From an uncultured Gammaproteobacteria bacterium (GTDB lineage: Bacteria > Patescibacteriota > Microgenomatia > Daviesbacterales > UBA10151): a DNA stretch of 47,363 nt. The translations under genes were made by a program, and so were the position numbers. Every line of letters begins with the position of its first letter. Positions within the stretch are counted from its first letter, which is position 1. The stretch is from assembly GCA_964387865.1 (NCBI GenBank), contig CAYLXC010000003.1:15833-63195 (forward strand), written 5' to 3'. Below, piece after piece: positions 8,625 to 18,309 of the stretch. The notes below the pieces were generated by a model. It made no database searches and was not told the origin of the DNA. It worked only from the letters and a program-made list of their open reading frames with translations.

Positions 8625-9379
8625 ACACCAAACTTTCAGTGGTCATACCTGCATACAATGAGGAAAGAAATTTGAAAAAGGGGGTTTTAGAGGAAGTAGA
8701 AAATTATTTGGAAAAATTAGGACTCAGGTATGAGGTAATTATTGTTGATGATGGGTCGAAAGATGATACAGCTGATTTGATAAAAAAATACATCTTAAGA
8801 AAGAAAATCCCGAACCGTGATAGAAATTTTAAACTGATTAAAATTTCTCATGGTGGAAAAGCAAAAGCTGTGATAAGCGGAATGGAGGCATCAGATGGAG
8901 AATTAGTTTTATTTACAGATATGGATCAGGCAACACCAATTGATCAACTTGAAAAATTTCTGCCAAAATTTGAGGAGGGTTTTGATATTGTAATTGGAAC
9001 AAGACATGGAAGAAGAGGTGCTCCAATGGTTAGGAAATTGGCAGCCTGGGTGTTTTCAATTTTGCGGGGAATAATTTTGGGATTACCTTTTAAAGATACT
9101 CAATGCGGGTTTAAAGCTTTTAATAGAAAATCATTGAATATGATTTTACCTAAGATTAAAAGTGAATGGGGAGTTTTGCATTTTAGGGGTGGAGCAGTTA
9201 ATGCGGGATTTGATGTTGAACTTTTATATTTGGCAAAAAAATACGGATTTGAAATTGCGGAAGTTGAAGTGGAATGGAAATATGTGGATACGGAAAGAGT
9301 GCAGGTTATAAAAGATGCTCTGGCAGCAATTTATGATATGTTTAGAATTAGAGTTAATGATCTAAGGGGAAAGTATTGA
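8621..9379 (+). CDS. GT2, dolichyl-phosphate beta-glucosyltransferase (ALG5)-like
   Basis: IPAYNEE, VDDGSKD, GKAKAV, DMD, DTQCGFKAF and FDVELL motifs. Confidence 0.88.
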   Translation: MNTKLSVVIPAYNEERNLKKGVLEEVENYLEKLGLRYEVIIVDDGSKDDTADLIKKYILRKKIPNRDRNFKLIKISHGGKAKAVISGMEASDGELVLFTDMDQATPIDQLEKFLPKFEEGFDIVIGTRHGRRGAPMVRKLAAWVFSILRGIILGLPFKDTQCGFKAFNRKSLNMILPKIKSEWGVLHFRGGAVNAGFDVELLYLAKKYGFEIAEVEVEWKYVDTERVQVIKDALAAIYDMFRIRVNDLRGKY

Positions 9380-9793
9380 AGGTTTTTTAACTGTTCTTTC
9401 TATTGGTAGTTTTATTCTAGGCAATTGACTCTGTAATTCTTTAAATTCCCTTAAAAATTCTCCAAATGCTGTTTCAATAAGCCCTTTCATACCCGGTTTT
9501 TCAGGTGTACCTCTTTTTCCAATCGTTATTCCTAATCTATCTCCGACATCATCTCCAAAATGTGCTTTCATAGTCTTGATTGCAACTTCATCACCTAAAC
9601 TGTAGTAATAGAAAGCTACCAGAAGAGCCTTGTCGCTTTCCAAGTCTGGTAATCCTAATTCATCTATTGCAGCAAGTAATTGATGCGCTTCTTCCGGAAA
9701 TGGATTTTCCCTGCCATTTCCTAAAACTTTAGCAAGTGAAGGATCTATTTCTACTGGTTTATATGTAGCCTCACGTATTGCTTCTACTATCAT
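9362..9793 (-). CDS. Hypothetical soluble protein (143 aa)
   Basis: Only long ORF in the gap, with a protein-like composition and a near-consensus promoter upstream. Confidence 0.75.
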   Translation of the reverse strand: MIVEAIREATYKPVEIDPSLAKVLGNGRENPFPEEAHQLLAAIDELGLPDLESDKALLVAFYYYSLGDEVAIKTMKAHFGDDVGDRLGITIGKRGTPEKPGMKGLIETAFGEFLREFKELQSQLPRIKLPIERTVKKPSILSP

Positions 9794-9801
9794 ACTCTAT
9801 T

Positions 9802-9830
9802 ATCATACCATATTTAACCTATAGTGTCAA
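9802..9830 (-). promoter_or_regulatory. Near-consensus sigma70 promoter for the 143-aa ORF
   Basis: Minus strand: TTGACA (9830-9825), 17 bp, TATGAT (9807-9802) with a TGn extension; ATG follows 8 nt later. Confidence 0.8.
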
Positions 9831-9856
9831 GTTTATATATCTATTTATAATTAATG

Positions 9857-9862
9857 TATAAT
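9857..9862 (+). promoter_or_regulatory. Putative -10 element for leaderless pspC
   Basis: Perfect TATAAT 6 nt upstream of ATG 9869. Confidence 0.55.
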
Positions 9863-9868
9863 AAATCT

Positions 9869-10066
9869 ATGGCTGAAGTAAAAAGGCTTTATAGATTGGA
9901 TAAGGATAGGGTTTGGCTTGGGGTTTTAAGTGGAATGGGGGAGTATTTTAATGTTGACCCTGTACTTTTGAGGGTTGCATTCATATTAATTACTGTTTTT
10001 ACGGGATTTGTCCCGGGACTTGTTGCCTACCTTTTGGCAGCAGTAGTAATGCCTGTTAAAAAATAA
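9869..10066 (+). CDS. pspC: PspC-domain membrane protein
   Basis: KRLYR..DRVWLGVLSGMGEYFNVDPVLLRV...AYL...VMP is the PspC pattern. ATG 9869 preferred over 9854. Confidence 0.92.
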   Translation: MAEVKRLYRLDKDRVWLGVLSGMGEYFNVDPVLLRVAFILITVFTGFVPGLVAYLLAAVVMPVKK

Positions 10067-10094
10067 TTATATTTCCTTTTAAGGTTAGAAGTCT

Positions 10095-10100
10095 TACAAT
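10095..10100 (+). promoter_or_regulatory. Putative -10 element for leaderless 10107 gene
   Basis: TACAAT 6 nt upstream of the GTG start at 10107. Confidence 0.45.
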
Positions 10101-10106
10101 ATTAGT

Positions 10107-11633
10107 GTGAAACTTCTTCTTAAGTTTAGGAAAGAAATCTTTATTCTTCTGATAATAATTATTGCTTACTTTATTTTGAGACTTCCAAATTTAACATTGC
10201 AGCCGATTTTTGCAGATGAGGCTATTTATATCAGGTGGGCTCAAGTTATGAGATCTGAACCAACCCTTAGATTTTTGCCTTTATCTGATGGTAAAACCCC
10301 GCTATTTATGTGGTCTATGATTCCACTTTTTAAGATATTCGATGATCCGCTTTTTGCAGGAAGATTTTTATCAGTTTTAAGCGGATTTGTAACGCTTTTA
10401 GGTGTTGTGGCATTATCCTGGAAAGTTTTTGGAAGAAGAGTTGCGCTTTGGAGTGGTTTACTTTATGTGGTTACACCATATGTTGTCTTTTTTGACAGGA
10501 TGGCTTTGGTTGATTCAATGCTTTCAGGATTTACGGTTTGGTCCTTATATTTTGCAATTTGGCTTGCACAAAAAGTAAGGCTTGATCTGGCAATGATTTT
10601 GGGATTTATTTTAGGAGGAGCCTGGCTTACTAAAACTCCTGCAATTATAAATCTTTTGCTTTTGCCCCTCTCCGTTTTGGCATTTGGAAAAGATGGGGGA
10701 AATAGGGGGAATAGGGTAGATAGGTATGGGATGGTAAAAATGATATTTTTTTGGGGAGTGGCAATTATTATTGCTTTAGTTTTGTACAATGCTCTGAGAT
10801 TAGGACCAAATTTTCATCTACTTTCTTCAAGAAATGCTGATTATGTTTTTTCTCCTCTTGAGTTAGTTGGACGACCTTTGGATCCGTTTATCCCCCATTT
10901 TCGGGATATTTCGGACTGGTTTCCCAAGCTATTAACTTGGCCTGTTCTAATTTTAGGGGGGATAGGGGTAATAAGGGTGATTAGGGGTAAAAATAAATTA
11001 GGGCTTTTAGTCTTGCTTTGGGCCCTTGTACCGCTTCTAATAAATATGGCTTTTTTAAGGACTTTTACTGCAAGATATTTGCTACCATCAATACCGCTGC
11101 TCCTAATCCTGGCAGCATATGGATTAGAGAGGGTATCACGGGGCGTGAGAGTATTACGAGTACCACAAGGCATGATATATGGTATGTTCCTATCGCTTAC
11201 GGTACTCTTGCCTTTGCATTTTAATTATCAACTTTTAACAAATCCTCCTCCAAAAGCATTACCTTTGGAAGAGAGAAAAGGATATTTTGAGGATTGGACT
11301 GCAGGATATGGATTTTCCGAAATTGCTAAATTTTTAATTGATCAAAAAAAGAATGGGTCTGTGGTAGTTGGTACGGAAGGTTTCTTTGGAACCTTGCCAG
11401 ATGGATTACAAATTTATTTGGATAAAGCAGAAATTCCAATAATTGGAAGTCATGCAAAAATTTCAGAGCAAATTAAAGAATCAGCAGTAGATAATTTGAC
11501 CTTTTTTGTGGGAAACAGGAAAAGTCTTGAAGGTTCAATAAGTGGAGTAAAACTAATTTTAGAGTATCCAAAAGTAAAGCCTTTAGATGGATCCAAACAA
11601 GATGCTATTGTTTTATATCAGGTGTTACCCTAA
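10107..11633 (+). CDS. ArnT/PMT-like GT-C glycosyltransferase
   Basis: Multi-TM; PIFADEAIY, GKTPL, DRMALVD, LTK and ARY motifs; C-terminal extracytoplasmic domain. Confidence 0.82.
   Translation: MKLLLKFRKEIFILLIIIIAYFILRLPNLTLQPIFADEAIYIRWAQVMRSEPTLRFLPLSDGKTPLFMWSMIPLFKIFDDPLFAGRFLSVLSGFVTLLGVVALSWKVFGRRVALWSGLLYVVTPYVVFFDRMALVDSMLSGFTVWSLYFAIWLAQKVRLDLAMILGFILGGAWLTKTPAIINLLLLPLSVLAFGKDGGNRGNRVDRYGMVKMIFFWGVAIIIALVLYNALRLGPNFHLLSSRNADYVFSPLELVGRPLDPFIPHFRDISDWFPKLLTWPVLILGGIGVIRVIRGKNKLGLLVLLWALVPLLINMAFLRTFTARYLLPSIPLLLILAAYGLERVSRGVRVLRVPQGMIYGMFLSLTVLLPLHFNYQLLTNPPPKALPLEERKGYFEDWTAGYGFSEIAKFLIDQKKNGSVVVGTEGFFGTLPDGLQIYLDKAEIPIIGSHAKISEQIKESAVDNLTFFVGNRKSLEGSISGVKLILEYPKVKPLDGSKQDAIVLYQVLP
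10692..10727 (+). repeat. Degenerate 9-bp tandem repeat x4 within CDS
   Basis: GATGGGGGA AATAGGGGG AATAGGGTA GATAGGTAT (encodes DGGNRGNRVDRY). Confidence 0.7.
10953..10988 (+). repeat. Degenerate 9-bp tandem repeat x4 within CDS; G-quadruplex-type pattern
   Basis: TTAGGGGGG ATAGGGGTA ATAAGGGTG ATTAGGGGT (encodes LGGIGVIRVIRG). Confidence 0.7.
11132..11176 (+). repeat. Degenerate 9-bp tandem repeat within CDS
   Basis: GGTATCACG GGGCGTGAG AGTATTACG AGTACCACA AGGCATGAT (encodes VSRGVRVLRVPQGM). Confidence 0.6.
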
Positions 11634-11636
11634 AAT

Positions 11637-13340
11637 ATGCAAATTTTTTTTAGAAAAAGTTCCATTTTCCCTATTCTATTATTTATTTTAATAATTCCAC
11701 TTTTTTACCAACTCATACGTCCAGGTTTTTTCCCAATGCAGGATGATCTTCAAGCATTTAGAGTTCATCAGATGGTCAAGTGTTTGAAAGATTTTCAAAT
11801 TCCATGCAGATGGATTCCTGATATGGGATTTCAATACGGGTATCCTCAATTTAATTTCTATCCTCCATCAGTTTTTTACTTGGGAGGTTTATTAAATCTT
11901 TTGGGAATTCAGATAATTGATACGGTTAAAATTTTGTTTATTTTAGGATTCGTACTTTCTGCCATCACAATGTTTATTTTATTGAAGTCAATTTTTGGGG
12001 AGTTTAGTGCATTAGTAGGTTCAATTCTTTATAGTTTTGTACCATACAAAGCACAAGAAGTTTATGTAAGGGGCTCACTTAGTGAATTTTTTGCTTTTGT
12101 ATTTTTTCCATTAATTTTTTGGTCAACTTATCAACTAATTAAATTGGGTAAATTAAAATATATTGTGTGGTTAGCGCTTTCCATAGGATTTCTTTTGACA
12201 ACCCATAATCTCATGTCTTTTATTTTCCTGCCAATTTTTGGGATTTGGGTAGTTGCATTAAACGTAGTTTATAAAAAATGGGGGGTATTTCCAAAAGTAT
12301 TCTTAGGATCATTATTAGGATTGGGGTTGGCATCCTTTTTTACGCTCCCAGTAATTTTTGAGTCAAAGTATGCACACCTTGAAACCTTAACAGGTGGTTA
12401 TTTTGACTATCGTCAGCATTTTGTTGATCTTAAACAATTATTTTTGTCAAATCATTTTGGATACGGATCATCTTATTTAGGACCAAATGATGATTTGTCG
12501 TTATCTGCTGGAATAATCCACTGGATAGTAGGGCTTCTGGCCGTAATTTTGGCAATTCTTTTTTTCAAAAAAAATAGAAAATTGGCAAGTTTAGTAATAA
12601 TTTTGGGAGTAGAGGAGCTAATAGTATTATTTTTAATGCACCAGCGCTCTGTCTTAATCTGGGAAAGTATACTTCAATTAAAATGGCTTCAATTTCCATG
12701 GAGATTTTTGTCAGACAGCGCATTTTTACTATCAATATTGGGTGCTTTTGCCATACATATGACGAGCAATTTTAATAAAAAATTTGCTTTAATTTTTGGA
12801 ATCATAATTATAGTAAGCATCTATTTACTGCATGTATCTTTCTTCCAGCCGAAAGCATGGCTTGAGATTTCTGATGAAGTTAAATTCTCTGGTGAATCTT
12901 GGGAAAAACAGCTGACCATAAGTATTTTTGACTATCTGCCCACCTTTGCAAAATTACCACCAAACAAGAAAGCACCGGATTTGCCGGAAGTTTTGGATGG
13001 GGAAGTTGAGTTTGTAACTTATAAGAAGGGAAGTAATTTTCAAGTTGGTGAGATTGAGGTTTTAAAAGATGCAACTATACGTTTGCCTCTTTTTGATTTT
13101 CCAGGGATGAAGGTTAAAGTTGATGAAGTAGAAACTCTACATGCAAATGATGATTGTAGAAATCAGCAGTATTGTTTGGGACTTATTACTTTTAATGTCC
13201 CTATTGGAAAACATAGTTTAGAGGCTAAATTGTATGATACTCCCATAAGACAAGCTGGTAATATTATTACAATAATAAGTATATTTATTTTAATTACACT
13301 ATTTTTACTTGGAAAAAAATATGAAAAAAATCTTAAATAA
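11637..13340 (+). CDS. GT-C membrane protein, PF10131 ('PTPS-related')/YfhO-like, paralog 1
   Basis: MQDDL, RWIPDMGFQYGYPQFNFYPP, YVRGSLSE, THN, QFPWRFL; C-terminal FDFPGMKVKVD beta domain and final TM. Confidence 0.8.
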   Translation: MQIFFRKSSIFPILLFILIIPLFYQLIRPGFFPMQDDLQAFRVHQMVKCLKDFQIPCRWIPDMGFQYGYPQFNFYPPSVFYLGGLLNLLGIQIIDTVKILFILGFVLSAITMFILLKSIFGEFSALVGSILYSFVPYKAQEVYVRGSLSEFFAFVFFPLIFWSTYQLIKLGKLKYIVWLALSIGFLLTTHNLMSFIFLPIFGIWVVALNVVYKKWGVFPKVFLGSLLGLGLASFFTLPVIFESKYAHLETLTGGYFDYRQHFVDLKQLFLSNHFGYGSSYLGPNDDLSLSAGIIHWIVGLLAVILAILFFKKNRKLASLVIILGVEELIVLFLMHQRSVLIWESILQLKWLQFPWRFLSDSAFLLSILGAFAIHMTSNFNKKFALIFGIIIIVSIYLLHVSFFQPKAWLEISDEVKFSGESWEKQLTISIFDYLPTFAKLPPNKKAPDLPEVLDGEVEFVTYKKGSNFQVGEIEVLKDATIRLPLFDFPGMKVKVDEVETLHANDDCRNQQYCLGLITFNVPIGKHSLEAKLYDTPIRQAGNIITIISIFILITLFLLGKKYEKNLK

Positions 13341-14982
13341 ACATTGGCCCATATTTATTATTTTGGTACTAACACTATTAATTTCATGGTCTTTATTTTT
13401 ACCTGGTTATTTTTCCCATCATGATGATTTACAAGTAATGAGAATTTTTGAGATGAGAAAATGTTTAGGGGATTTTCAAATTCCATGCAGATGGGTTCCT
13501 GATATGGGGTATGGTAATGGTTATCCCTTGTTTAACTACTACAGTGTTTTTCCATATTATTTAGGAGCTTTTTTAAGCTACTTTTTAGGTTTTTTGGGAG
13601 CTGCAAAAGTTTTATTTCTTATTCCTTTAATTTTAGGTGCAATTTCTATGTATATATTATCTAGGGAACTTTTCGGAATATCTGGTGGAATTATTGCATC
13701 AATCCTTTACACTTTTGCCCCTTATAGAGCTTTGGATACTTATGTGCGAGGTGATGTTACGGAAAGTTTTGCAATTGCAATTGTTCCTTTTTGTTTCTAT
13801 TTTGCATTTAAATTAATAAATAATGGGAGAATTAAATATATTATTGCTTTTTCTATATCTTTGGGGTTATTTTTGTTGTCACACAACATAATGATAATTT
13901 TATTTATACCTGTATTTTTATTATTGACAATCTATTTTTTAATTTTAGAAAAATGGAAAAATTTAAGATCTTTGATAATCTCCTTTTTTTTGGGAGTAGG
14001 ACTGGCAGCCTTTTTCATAATACCCGCATACTTTGAAAAAAATTTGGTACAAATAGAAAATTTAATTAGGTTGGATTTAAATTTTAGGGCACATTTTGTG
14101 ACAATCAATCAACTGTTTTTTGATCGATTTTGGGGATATGGATCATCTTCACCCGGTACAAATGACACAATAGCTTTTCAAATAGGTACTCCGCATTGGT
14201 GGATTGTAATTGCAGCATTTTTAATAACACTTATGAAACTTAAGTCAAGACAAAAAATTGTTCTCCCCATACTTCTTATTTCTATTTTTTTATTATCCCT
14301 TTTTATGACCCATGTTAAATCGGCATTTATTTGGGAAAAAATTGATATTTTAAAGTTTACACAATTTCCCTGGAGGTTTTTGGCATTGGCAATATTTTCA
14401 GCAAGCTTATTGGGTGGATTTCTGGTTAATAATTTTAAGCTTAGACAAATGAAATTTGTTGCAGTTACATTGGTTGTTTTAACAATTATTTTAAATTGGA
14501 ACTATTTTAGACCGAAAGAATTTTATTTCGGTTTAACTGATGAACAAAAATTATCAGGTTCTTTATGGGAGACTCAGCAAAAAGCTGCTATATTGGATTA
14601 TTTGCCAAAAGGGGCTGTTCAGCCAAGGGAGGGAGCACCAAATACACCTATTATAGTTTCAGGGCAAGCAGAAATATCAAATTTTCAAAAAAAATCTAAT
14701 AAATGGGGATTTAATGCTAAAGTTTCAAAAGATGCAGTGTTAGAAATTCCTATCTTTGATTTTCCTAACTGGCAAGTAAAAGTAAACAATATGTTGACCG
14801 CTCATATTAGTGATAATTATTTAGGTAGGATCGAATTTCCACTTAAAGAAGGGACTTATCTTGTGGAGGGAAAATTTACAGATACATTTGTAAGAAAGTT
14901 AGCAAATGGAATAACATTAGTCTCTTTACTGACTTTAATATTAATAACATTTTATGGCAAAAGTAGAAAACTTTTTAATTAA
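13321..14982 (+). CDS. GT-C membrane protein, PF10131/YfhO-like, paralog 2
   Basis: HHDDL, RWVPDMGYGNGYPLFNYY, YVRGDVTE, SHN, QFPWRFL, FDFPNW. ATG 13321 preferred as start. Confidence 0.8.
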   Translation: MKKILNKHWPIFIILVLTLLISWSLFLPGYFSHHDDLQVMRIFEMRKCLGDFQIPCRWVPDMGYGNGYPLFNYYSVFPYYLGAFLSYFLGFLGAAKVLFLIPLILGAISMYILSRELFGISGGIIASILYTFAPYRALDTYVRGDVTESFAIAIVPFCFYFAFKLINNGRIKYIIAFSISLGLFLLSHNIMIILFIPVFLLLTIYFLILEKWKNLRSLIISFFLGVGLAAFFIIPAYFEKNLVQIENLIRLDLNFRAHFVTINQLFFDRFWGYGSSSPGTNDTIAFQIGTPHWWIVIAAFLITLMKLKSRQKIVLPILLISIFLLSLFMTHVKSAFIWEKIDILKFTQFPWRFLALAIFSASLLGGFLVNNFKLRQMKFVAVTLVVLTIILNWNYFRPKEFYFGLTDEQKLSGSLWETQQKAAILDYLPKGAVQPREGAPNTPIIVSGQAEISNFQKKSNKWGFNAKVSKDAVLEIPIFDFPNWQVKVNNMLTAHISDNYLGRIEFPLKEGTYLVEGKFTDTFVRKLANGITLVSLLTLILITFYGKSRKLFN

Positions 14983-16642
14983 ATATTTTTGGGTAGTATT
15001 AATTTTATTGTCCATCCCAGCGACTTGGGCACTTTTTGTCCCCGGGTACTATGGTGCTTCCGATGATATACATATAGCCTGGCTTCATCAGATGGATAAG
15101 ATAATAAGATTAGGACAAATCCCGCCAAGGTTTGTTCCGGATTTAAGCTATGGTTTTGGATACCCTCTTTTTAATTTTGTATTTCCTCTGCCATTTTATA
15201 TTGCTGAAATTTTCCACCTTTTAAATTTTAGTCTGGTGGATTCAATCAAAGCGCTATTTTTTTTAAGTATCCCTTTTTCATTTTTGTTTATGTATTTACT
15301 GTTAAAGCAATTTAGTTTAAAAAGTCTAAGTTTTGCCGGGGCACTTTTATATGCATACACACCGTATAGGGCAGTTGATTTGTATGTTAGAGGAGCGGTC
15401 GGTGAGATTTTAAGCTTTGTGTTTTTGCCACTGGTTTTATTGTCCATCATAAAAATGAAAGAGGAAAAAAATTATAAATGGGTTGGAATTGGTGGGGTGG
15501 CACTTGCTTCCCTAGTGTTGTCGCACAATATAAGCTCATATATGTTTTTAGCGTTTGTGTTATTATTTGTGGCCCTTCAGCTTTTTTTCTTACAAAAAAG
15601 ATTAGCATTTTTCGTAAAATCGATTTTAATGTTTTTTTTGGGCTCATTAGTCAGTATATATTTTTGGCTACCTGCACTAGTGGAGAGTAGGTTGATGAAA
15701 TATGATACTGTGTTTAATTTTGCGGATCATTTCCCAACACTTAAACAACTGATTACTCCATATTGGGGATATGGGGCATCAGTTCCTGGACCAGGAGATG
15801 GTATGTCATTTTTTATTGGGACTGTTAACTTGCTAACAATTATAGCTGGGATAGTTTGCTTACTTAAGTATTGGAAAAAATATTCCAAGAACCAAAAAAT
15901 AATACTTATTTGGGCTTATATTTCAATTTTAGTCTCAATATTTATGATGAACTATAGATCACAATTTATGTGGGACAACATTCCATTCCTATCCTATTTT
16001 CAATTTCCCTGGAGATTTTTAATCATGACAACCTTTCTGATCCCGCTTCTTATTGTGGCCTTTGAAAAAATTGGTAAAAGCACACTTGTATCAACCATTT
16101 TAATCTTTCTTACACTTATCACATCCGGAAGTTTTTTTAGACCCCAGGATTTTCTCGGACGCACAGATAACTATTTTCTAAATCGTTATATTCCTCTTCC
16201 TCAAGCCAGTGAAGAATATAAACAAACTCAAGAAGAGTATTTAAGATTGCCAAAACAAACTAAGAAAAGACCGAATCAAAACTATCCCCTGGCAATTTCA
16301 GAAAATGAGGCCCTCATAAATATTCGAAAATTAAATGATTTGGATTCTGTATTAGAGGTTGTTTCGGAAAATGGTACAAAAATTCATTATATGAAATATT
16401 TTTTCCCAGGTTGGATTGCAAAAATAGATGGTCAACTGATAGATATTGCAATCGGAGAACCTTTTGGACAGATTGCTGTAGATATACCTCCCGGGGCACA
16501 TGTAGTGGAAATAAAATTTAAGGAAACAATTTTTAGAAAGACTCTGGATGCTATATCTTTGGGTGCATTTTTAGTATCATTAGGGCTAATCTTTAATTTA
16601 TGGCAACGATTACAAAAATTTGGCCGTTTCTTTTGGGCTTAA
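14954..16642 (+). CDS. GT-C membrane protein, PF10131/YfhO-like, paralog 3
   Basis: ASDDI, RFVPDLSYGFGYPLFNF, YVRGAVGE, SHN, QFPWRFL, FFPGW. Confidence 0.8.
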   Translation: MAKVENFLIKYFWVVLILLSIPATWALFVPGYYGASDDIHIAWLHQMDKIIRLGQIPPRFVPDLSYGFGYPLFNFVFPLPFYIAEIFHLLNFSLVDSIKALFFLSIPFSFLFMYLLLKQFSLKSLSFAGALLYAYTPYRAVDLYVRGAVGEILSFVFLPLVLLSIIKMKEEKNYKWVGIGGVALASLVLSHNISSYMFLAFVLLFVALQLFFLQKRLAFFVKSILMFFLGSLVSIYFWLPALVESRLMKYDTVFNFADHFPTLKQLITPYWGYGASVPGPGDGMSFFIGTVNLLTIIAGIVCLLKYWKKYSKNQKIILIWAYISILVSIFMMNYRSQFMWDNIPFLSYFQFPWRFLIMTTFLIPLLIVAFEKIGKSTLVSTILIFLTLITSGSFFRPQDFLGRTDNYFLNRYIPLPQASEEYKQTQEEYLRLPKQTKKRPNQNYPLAISENEALINIRKLNDLDSVLEVVSENGTKIHYMKYFFPGWIAKIDGQLIDIAIGEPFGQIAVDIPPGAHVVEIKFKETIFRKTLDAISLGAFLVSLGLIFNLWQRLQKFGRFFWA

Positions 16643-18306
16643 TTTTATCCATAAGTTTGCTTTGGCCCCTTTTTTGGGCCCCTTTTTTTACCCATCATGA
16701 TGATGTATCAATAATTAGACTTTTTGAGATGGATAAATGTTTTAAAGACGGGCAGATTCCTTGCAGATGGGTACCTGATTTAGGCGGACTTTACGGCTAC
16801 CCCCTTTTTAATTATTATGCTCCCCTGCCCTACTATTTTGGGGAATTAATTTATTTTCTAACAAATAATTTAATAATTTCTGTAAAAGTAATGTTTGCTT
16901 TCTCATTTTTAGGATCCTATATTTTTATGTATCTATTGGGTACTAAATTTTGGGGTAAATTAGGCGGAAGTTTATGTGCCATTTTTTACAGCTTTGCACC
17001 ATACCATGCTTTAGATTTTTACGTAAGAGGGGCTATGGGAGAGATGTGGGCTATGATGTTTTTTCCTGCAATACTTTGGAGTCTTACAATACTTAAGGAG
17101 AAGGTGAATGTAAGCAGAATGTTTCTAAGTGCAATATTTGTGGCCCTTCTTTTTTTATCCCACAACCTTTCTGCTATGATTTTTTTCCCGATAATAATAT
17201 TTTGGATAATTATTTTGTTTCTAAAAGATAAAAAAATTAAATTCTTATGGTTTTCTTTCTTAGGATTATTACTTTCAATTTTACTTTCTTCATTTTATTT
17301 ACTTCCTTTAATTTCTGAGAAACATCTCGTTCATGTTGATACGCAAATTAGCGGATATTTCGGATACACGGAGCATTTTAAAGGGTTTGGAGAACTATTT
17401 CTGAGGAGAGATTGGGGGTATGGAGCATCTGTAAGGGAAGTGCCGGGAGGAGAGAGAGAAGAAATTTCTTTCCAAATTGGCTGGGTACATCTGTTGGGTT
17501 GGATGCTGGCAATTTTAAGTTTATGGTATTTCAGGAAAAAAAATCCGTGGGTGTCAAAATTAATTTTGTCAGTTTCCTTCGTGATTTTTTTGAGTGTTTT
17601 CATGATTCACCCAAGATCTCAAATAATCTGGGAAATCATAGAACCATTAAAATATTTGCAATTTCCTTGGAGATTTTTAATTATTGTAATTTTATTTATA
17701 TCATTTTTAAGCGGATCAGCTTTACTTGCTTTAAAAGAGTGGAAATACAAAATTTTTTTCCTGCTTATATCACTGGTTGTTATTCTAAATTTCGCTTACT
17801 TCAGGCCGGAAAAATTTATTTATGTTACTGATCAAAGCCTTCTGAGTGGTAAAGATTGGGAGCGTCAGATTAAAAGATCAATATTTGATTTTCTACCAAT
17901 TTTTGCAAAAGAGCCCCCCGCAGATTTGGCAGATGAACGTTATAAAATCTTAACAGGGGATACTAAGATTTCAGATTATGAAGAAGGTACTAACTGGATT
18001 AGTTTTAAAGCAAATGTCAAAACTCATACCATAGTCCGTTTATCCCAATATTATTTTCCGGATTGGAAAGTTTTTGTTGACAGTAAACCAATTGATATAG
18101 ATTATAAAAGTAGCGGTTTGGGTCTCATAACAATTATTTTAGGTAAAGGGGAGCATATTATTAATGCAAGACTTTACAATACTCCTGTAAGGAATATTGG
18201 AAACGGAGTTAGTTTGGTTAGTTTTGGTTTGGTGATAATTTTATATTTATTACAATTTAAAAAGGTTAGAAACTGGATTCTTTACTACAGAAAGAGGATT
18301 AATTAG
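16600..18306 (+). CDS. GT-C membrane protein, PF10131/YfhO-like, paralog 4
   Basis: HHDDV, RWVPDLGGLYGYPLFNYY, YVRGAMGE, SHN, QFPWRFL, YYFPDW. Confidence 0.8.
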   Translation: MATITKIWPFLLGLILSISLLWPLFWAPFFTHHDDVSIIRLFEMDKCFKDGQIPCRWVPDLGGLYGYPLFNYYAPLPYYFGELIYFLTNNLIISVKVMFAFSFLGSYIFMYLLGTKFWGKLGGSLCAIFYSFAPYHALDFYVRGAMGEMWAMMFFPAILWSLTILKEKVNVSRMFLSAIFVALLFLSHNLSAMIFFPIIIFWIIILFLKDKKIKFLWFSFLGLLLSILLSSFYLLPLISEKHLVHVDTQISGYFGYTEHFKGFGELFLRRDWGYGASVREVPGGEREEISFQIGWVHLLGWMLAILSLWYFRKKNPWVSKLILSVSFVIFLSVFMIHPRSQIIWEIIEPLKYLQFPWRFLIIVILFISFLSGSALLALKEWKYKIFFLLISLVVILNFAYFRPEKFIYVTDQSLLSGKDWERQIKRSIFDFLPIFAKEPPADLADERYKILTGDTKISDYEEGTNWISFKANVKTHTIVRLSQYYFPDWKVFVDSKPIDIDYKSSGLGLITIILGKGEHIINARLYNTPVRNIGNGVSLVSFGLVIILYLLQFKKVRNWILYYRKRIN

Positions 18307-18309
18307 AAA

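Noticed and set aside
8795-8830. Short basic insertion (RKKIPNRDRN) in the ALG5-like GT2 as a mobile mini-element
   Set aside because: No convincing inverted or direct repeat; it may simply be a variable loop.
12559-12574. T7-C-A8 inverted repeat as a terminator
   Set aside because: AT-only stem inside a CDS, explained by Phe/Lys codons.
11637-18306. Pterin biosynthesis reading of the 'PTPS-related' family name
   Set aside because: The proteins are multi-TM with GT-C-type acidic loops in a glycosylation context, and no T-fold PTPS motifs are seen.
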